Shown here piece by piece: positions 58,091-64,000 of a stretch of DNA of 64,000 nucleotides. The stretch lies in contig OX597823.1 in NCBI GenBank assembly GCA_951406725.2, positions 104,470,001 to 104,534,000 of the forward strand, in the 5' to 3' direction. This DNA comes from Octopus vulgaris. Taxonomy: Eukaryota. The translations under genes and the position numbers were made by a program. How positions within the stretch are numbered: position 1 is the stretch's first letter; the number at the start of each line of letters is the position of its first letter. Below the pieces are notes generated by a model. The model saw nothing but the letters and a program-made list of their open reading frames with translations. It was not told the DNA's origin and did no database searches.

Positions 58091-59924
58091 TGCTTCAGTC
58101 GTGTATTGGTTCATCTGGGAACATTAACCTTTTGTCAAAAAAAAGAAAAAAGTTTGTCATCAGCCTACATATTCTTTAGGCTGGAACTTATCCGGGTTTT
58201 TCAGTTATTTAAGCAACTGAAAAAACCAGATGGTTCTCTGAACAGAGTATGAGTCCATTGCAAGGTTAATCCCCCAGCTATTGGTGGCACTCACTTTCAG
58301 CTGAAAGGACTGGACCAATGTGAAATGAAGTGTTTTTCACAAAAGTACATGCGCTGCTGCCAGGTCCAGAAATCAAACCCATATCCTTGCTATTGTGAAT
58401 CTGACATCCTGACCACTAGACCATGTGGTTTCACATTTAGCATACCCCCATGTATTCAACATATCATGACACTTTCAACATGTATCAGCCCATCATATAA
58501 ACCCATGAGGTAGCAAATTGATAGAATATTCATGGAATCAGATTCAATGCCTTGCAGTACTTATTGCATTCTGAGTTAAAATTCTGCTAAGGTTAACTTG
58601 GCCTTTCATCCTTTTTGGGTTGATAAAATATCAGTCCACTACTTGGGTAAAATTCTTCTCTCTCTTTCTTTCTGTATTTTATCCAAAATTCAAATGGCCA
58701 ACTTTGTTTCATTGTGTCCCACTGATCCAGTCTAAAAATTGCATTAACACTATGGAATACTCAGCCAGTTATATGTAGAAATTCTTGTTGTTGAGACCAA
58801 CATAGAATCCACCACCATTTTGGTAATTTCTCTATTCTCATGCACTTCATCTCTCTCTCTCTCTCTTTCCCACTTTCTCTTACAATATCTCATCTTTTCA
58901 AGTTTTCTCATCTTTGGTCTCCAATTTCTCAAAGCAACTTGACCAAATTAATCATAATGTTATAAGACTGAATCATGTGCAGAGTGCTTGCCATACTTAA
59001 CAAGATCAGACTCATTCTCTACTGCATGTCCATTTCCATAAATTATACAATTTGCATTTCACTGTTCTTTCCCTTTCTTTAAAAGAACTGTCATTTAATC
59101 AGCATTTTAATTCATCTAAAATTATTTTAGCCTGCTTTTAACAGTAAGTTCTGTAGGAAATATTCTAGTGTTATACAGCTGCATTCCAAAGGCTTTATCA
59201 TCTTATAGAATGAAGAATACATGGTTTGTTTTGATTAAGTCTAATACCTTTGGAGATGATACCTAAGATGAAGACAATCATACAAGTTTGGAGAAAACAT
59301 CTTAGAAATGATAAAAATGACTAAAACTGTATACTTTGGATGCATCCAGGGATCTAGCAATGTGGATATACAAATATGTATACATTGATAATTTAGGGGT
59401 CAAGCTTCAACATTTGTTCATCAGTGTATGCATAACCTTCCCAGCTTTAGTAAAAGGCATAATGTAGGACTTTAGACACAGTTGCTATTTTCCATATACA
59501 GGTAGATCCTTTCTGAGTCCTACAGACTCTTAGGACCAGTTTTCTGGTTCCTGCAGTGCATATATTTTGGCCCTGGACAAGATGCTGGACCCTTGAAGGA
59601 GTACTCACTTTTGTCAGCTGAGTGGACTGGAGCAATGTGAAATGAAGTGTTTTGTATTGCCTGGTCCAGGAATTGCCCCCACAATCTTACTATCATGAGT
59701 GCCAACACCCGAACCACTAAACCATGCACCTCTACAAAATACAGGTAGGGAATTTCATATTTAGTTGGTTCATAGAAAAAAGTGAAGGCAATACTTGGAT
59801 ACTTTCATGTGAGTTTTTCTTCATGTAAGGGAAGGTAACATAAGTTGCTAGAAGAAAAGGAGTTGACCACTATTTTAGACAAGGGAAAATTTAGAGAAAA
59901 AAATGTGAGAAGTTGCCCATATCA

Positions 59925-60310
59925 GCATAGGCATGGCTGTGTGTTAAGAATCTCGTTTTACAACCACATGGTTTCAGGTTCATTCCCACTGTGCGGTACC
60001 TTGGACATGTATCTTCTGTACCCCCAGGTTGACCAAATCCTTGTAAGTGAATTTGATAGGCAGAAACTGTGTGGAAGCCCATCTTGTGTGTCTTTGTGTT
60101 TGTTTGTCATGCCTCATTGCTTGATAGCTGGTGTTGGTTTGCTTACATCCTTGTAACTTAGCAGTCTGGCAAAAGAGAATAATAGAACAAGTACCAGACT
60201 TTAAAAAAATAACAAAACAACTAATTACTAGGGTTTATTTGTTTGAGTAAAGCCCTTTAAGGCAGTGCCCCAGAAAGGCGATAGTCCAATGACCGAAACA
60301 AGTAAAAGAT
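59925..60310 (+). mobile_element. Same SINE family, diverged
   Basis: GGCATGGCTGTGTGTTAAGAA head to GGCAGTGCCCCAG...GACCGAAACAAGTAAAAGA tail. Confidence 0.78.
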
Positions 60311-60597
60311 GAGAATTAACAAAGAACCTGAGCAATGAAGCAAAATCTAGAGTGGAGGTTAAAGTGACCACAAACCACCTGTAGCAATGTTATTGGGCAG
60401 TGGGCAAAGCGCATGATTCTGGATGCTTCAGTTTAGTTTGAGAAGTTCAGTTTTCTCCGGGATGGTGGAGTTTTCAAACAGGAATCACTGGAGTTCAAAG
60501 TTGCCAATATTTTTTGCTGAGATTCTCAATAGAATGAAACAAGTTCTGTTACTTTCTTTTAGCAGCAAGTATGAGCTAGTAATGAATACCTTTCGAT

Positions 60598-60949
60598 CAG
60601 GGTTTCTCAACCATTTTTTATATCTATGGACCCCTTAGATTGCTATTGTATACTGGCAGACCCCCACTTTTAAAATTCCTATTTTGTTTTCAACACATTG
60701 ACTTTTGTAGGTTGAACTATTTTAAGCATCAGAGAAAGAAACCAAACCTTTTCTTGTAATATATACCAATACTCTTTTACTTGTTTCAGTCATTTGATTG
60801 TGGCCATGCTGGAGCACCGCCTTTAGTTGAGCAAATCGACCCCCAGGACTTATTCTTTGGATGCCTAGTACTTATTCTATTGGTCCCTTTTGCCGAACTG
60901 CTAAGTTACGGGAACGTAAACACACCAGCATTAGTTATCGAGTGATGTT

Positions 60950-60988
<39 letters not shown>

Positions 60989-61213
60989 CAAAGAGCTTCT
61001 TTCAGGTTCTGTTTACCAAATCCACTCACAAGGCTTTGGTCGGCCCGAGGCTCTAGTAGAAGACGCTTGCCCAAGGTGCCATGCAGTAGGACTGAACCTG
61101 GAACCATATGGTTGGTAAGCAAGCTACCTACCACATAGCCACTCATACGCCCACAAGGTGGATCCTCAATTTACTATTTTGTTGTGGACCGCCACCATGG
61201 TTGAGAAGCACTG
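60598..61213. mobile_element. hAT (Charlie/Buster-type) MITE with a nested SINE (60771-61150, minus)
   Basis: TIRs CAGGGTTTCTCAACC / GGTTGAGAAGCACTG; 8 bp TSD CTTTCGAT / CTTTAGAT. Confidence 0.75.
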
Positions 61214-62402
61214 CTTTAGATGGACCACTGGAGCATGGTACACTAGGATGGTGTTCTTTTTTCTTTTTTATAGTTTCTGTAGTATCAACAGGATAAGACA
61301 CATTTCTTTCTGGAGGCTAGAATTGAAACACTCATCAACTTTACAGTGCTACCACTGCTTTATAGTGACAAGTGGTTCCTCCACTGACATATTGTTGTTC
61401 TTTATTCCACTGCCGTTTAGACATACATTTCTTTTAGCAGGATATGAGTCTCTCATCTCATTGCTCTTTCTCTCTCTTACTTTTCTCTATTTCCATTTCA
61501 TCCTTTGTTTCCCGCTTTTTCCAAACTCTCCTCTCTCCCTTTCTCCCTCTCTCCCTCCCTCCCTCCAAGTCCTTTCTTTTCCTTTTTCCCTCTATTTTTC
61601 TGTCCCTCACACTTCTCTCCTTTAATCTATTTATTATTCTTTCCTGTTTTGTTTCTCATTCTTCTTCTCTCTCTCTCTCTCTCTCATCTCTCTTCCCAGC
61701 TTTTGTTTATTTTTTTTTTCTCATTCTCTTACTCCCTCATCTCTTGTTTTTTCTTTCTCTTTTATTCTTTCTTTTACTCTCCCCTTTCTGTATCCACTCT
61801 CATCTCTCTTACCCTATACTCTCTCATCCTCTCGCACCCTACAGTCATTCTAACTGCTCATCACCTCTCAATAATCAATATAAGATATTTACAGAGAAAA
61901 GGAATTTCATTTAGTCTTTTTTTTTTATCATTCTGTAAAAAAAATTAAAAAAATTAACAACAAACATTTCAAGTTTCTTTTGATGTTTGATTACAAAATG
62001 TCCCTGATCACCTGACTTCCATCCTGTAAGCTGTGCTTAACAAACAGGGAGATACTCAAGAAGGAGGTCATTTTGCAGGCTTAAAGCCAACAGGATGGAA
62101 AAATCTGAATAATTTTAGACAAGAACATGTATAGATTTTTCTAGACAACTGTTAGTTGTTGTTGTTGATGTTATGGTGTTTGTATTGTGTTGTTGGTGGT
62201 GTTGGGTGTTGGAGAATGGTGGTGCAAATTTTGTTGGCTTGTAAATCAGTGGAAGCTGTAATAAATATTATAATATAGTTAATCAAATTCTGATGCCAAA
62301 GTGATTGATTACCAAACAGATGCTTACTTTATTTTACACACACACACAATGTATACTGTGTATTCATAGGTTTGTATATGATTGCGTGCATAAACATCCA
62401 TT

Positions 62403-62445
<43 letters not shown>

Positions 62446-62519
62446 ATATATGTATATAAACCATGCTAGCATGGAAAGTGGACGTTAAACAATGATGATA
62501 TATATATATATATATATAT

Positions 62520-62897
62520 ACTCTTTTAATTGTTTCAGTCATTTGACTGTGGCCATGCTGGAGCACCACCTTTACGTCAAGCAAATTGACCCCAGGACTT
62601 ATTCTTTGTAAGCCTAGTACTTATTCTAGCAGTCTCTTTTGCCGAACTGCTATGTTACGAGGACGTAAACACACCAGCATTGGTTGTCAAGCGATGTTGG
62701 GGGGGGGAACAAACACACACACACACATATATATATATACGATGGGCTTCTTTCAGTTTCCGTCTACCAAATCCTCTCACAAGACTTTGGTTGGCCTGAA
62801 GCTATAGTAGAAGACACTTGCCTAAGGTGCCACACAGTGGGACTGAACCCAGAACTATGTGGTTGGTAAGCAAGCTACTTACCACACAGCCACTCCT
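62520..62897 (-). mobile_element. Same tRNA-SINE family, full length
   Basis: Collinear with 16072-16464. Confidence 0.85.
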
Positions 62898-63064
62898 CCT
62901 TTATATAATAATGTATGTACAGGCATAGCTATGTGGTAAGAAGCTTGCTTCGCAACCATCTGGTTCTGGGCTCAGTTCCACTGAACACCTCAGGCAAGTG
63001 TCTTCTAAAGTTTCAGGCTGACCAAAGCCTTGTGAATGGATTTGTTAGACTGAAACAGAAGCCC

Positions 63065-63110
<46 letters not shown>

Positions 63111-64000
63111 GAGTGCATTGTGTTACATAAATAACATTTCAAGGATTTCTATAAAAATATAACACCCAGAAAATTTAACAAAAAGAAGGAAAATTTGACA
63201 AAACCAAAACGCATGGAAAATTTGTAGATAATTCTTCATCAGTCAATGCCCAAGACATAATAGTTTTGCGCCATTATCGTTGTGTATGTGTGTGCACACA
63301 CGCACGCACGCACGCACGCGCGTACGTATGTATATCTATGTATCAGTTAGGGTAGTCATGTATCTCCTCTATTTCAAGACTCCTTTCTCTGTCCCAACTA
63401 GTCATCAACTGGTACAAAGCCACCTCCTTGTTGACCTCACTGGTGCTGGTACCACATGGAAAGTATCCAATAAACTCTATAAAGTGATTGGCATTAGGAA
63501 CGACGTCCTTAACAAAGCAGACAGTCGAGTGTAGTGCCGTTGTCTGGCTTGCTAGCTCCTATCAAATCATTCAACCCATGCCAGCACAGAAAGTGGACAT
63601 TAATTGATGCTGTGTTTGTGAGTGCGTGTATGTTTGTGTCTCCAGCCTCTCGTAATTTCATTGAGTTTCTGGACTGAACACTTAATTCTACATGACCTTA
63701 GTTAATTTGTTGTTAAGCTCTATATCTATGAGCTAAGGCATTCCAGTCATAGTCATCTCAGGGAATCAAGAACCAAATGAAATGAATTTTTTGTTCTTTA
63801 AGATGGTAGCGTATGAGTTGAGGGAGGTTTAGATGCTCTTTGTTACAGGTCAAGCAACTGCGTAGCAGCCATCTCTTCGGTTTGAGTTCCATCAGGTTGA
63901 GTTAAAACTCAACAACATTTTGAACCATGAAGAATTTGCAGTTTTTAATTTTTTTAAACATCTTTTTGCAATTGTCTGATGATGTATAGACTTGCCCAAA

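Overview
AT-rich, repeat-dense animal genomic DNA; the SINE/LINE repertoire looks like octopus (coleoid cephalopod), which is an inference. Two spliced genes lie head-to-head across a ~350 bp CCAAT-rich promoter. On the minus strand is INIP/SOSS-C: 4 coding exons reconstructed with consistent splice phases, last exon beyond the left edge. On the plus strand is an SNX30/SNX7-type sorting nexin: 2 coding exons, the rest beyond the right edge. The introns hold a near-intact 5.5 kb APE-RT LINE embedded in ~6 kb of (TA)n. Its ORF1 has a Myb/SANT-like helix and a CCCH finger hidden by a frameshift, and its 3' end is shared with the dominant tRNA-SINE. Also present: RTE-LINE fragments, SINEs, a non-autonomous Helitron, hAT/piggyBac/mariner relics and two minisatellites. 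The main hidden signal is five unrelated sequence families that fold as minimal type-I hammerhead ribozymes, mostly within Penelope-like inverted termini; one has a swapped G3-C8 core pair and one a U4C core. All structures were read by eye and nothing was searched or computed. The long IY-repeat ORFs in the track are microsatellite artefacts.
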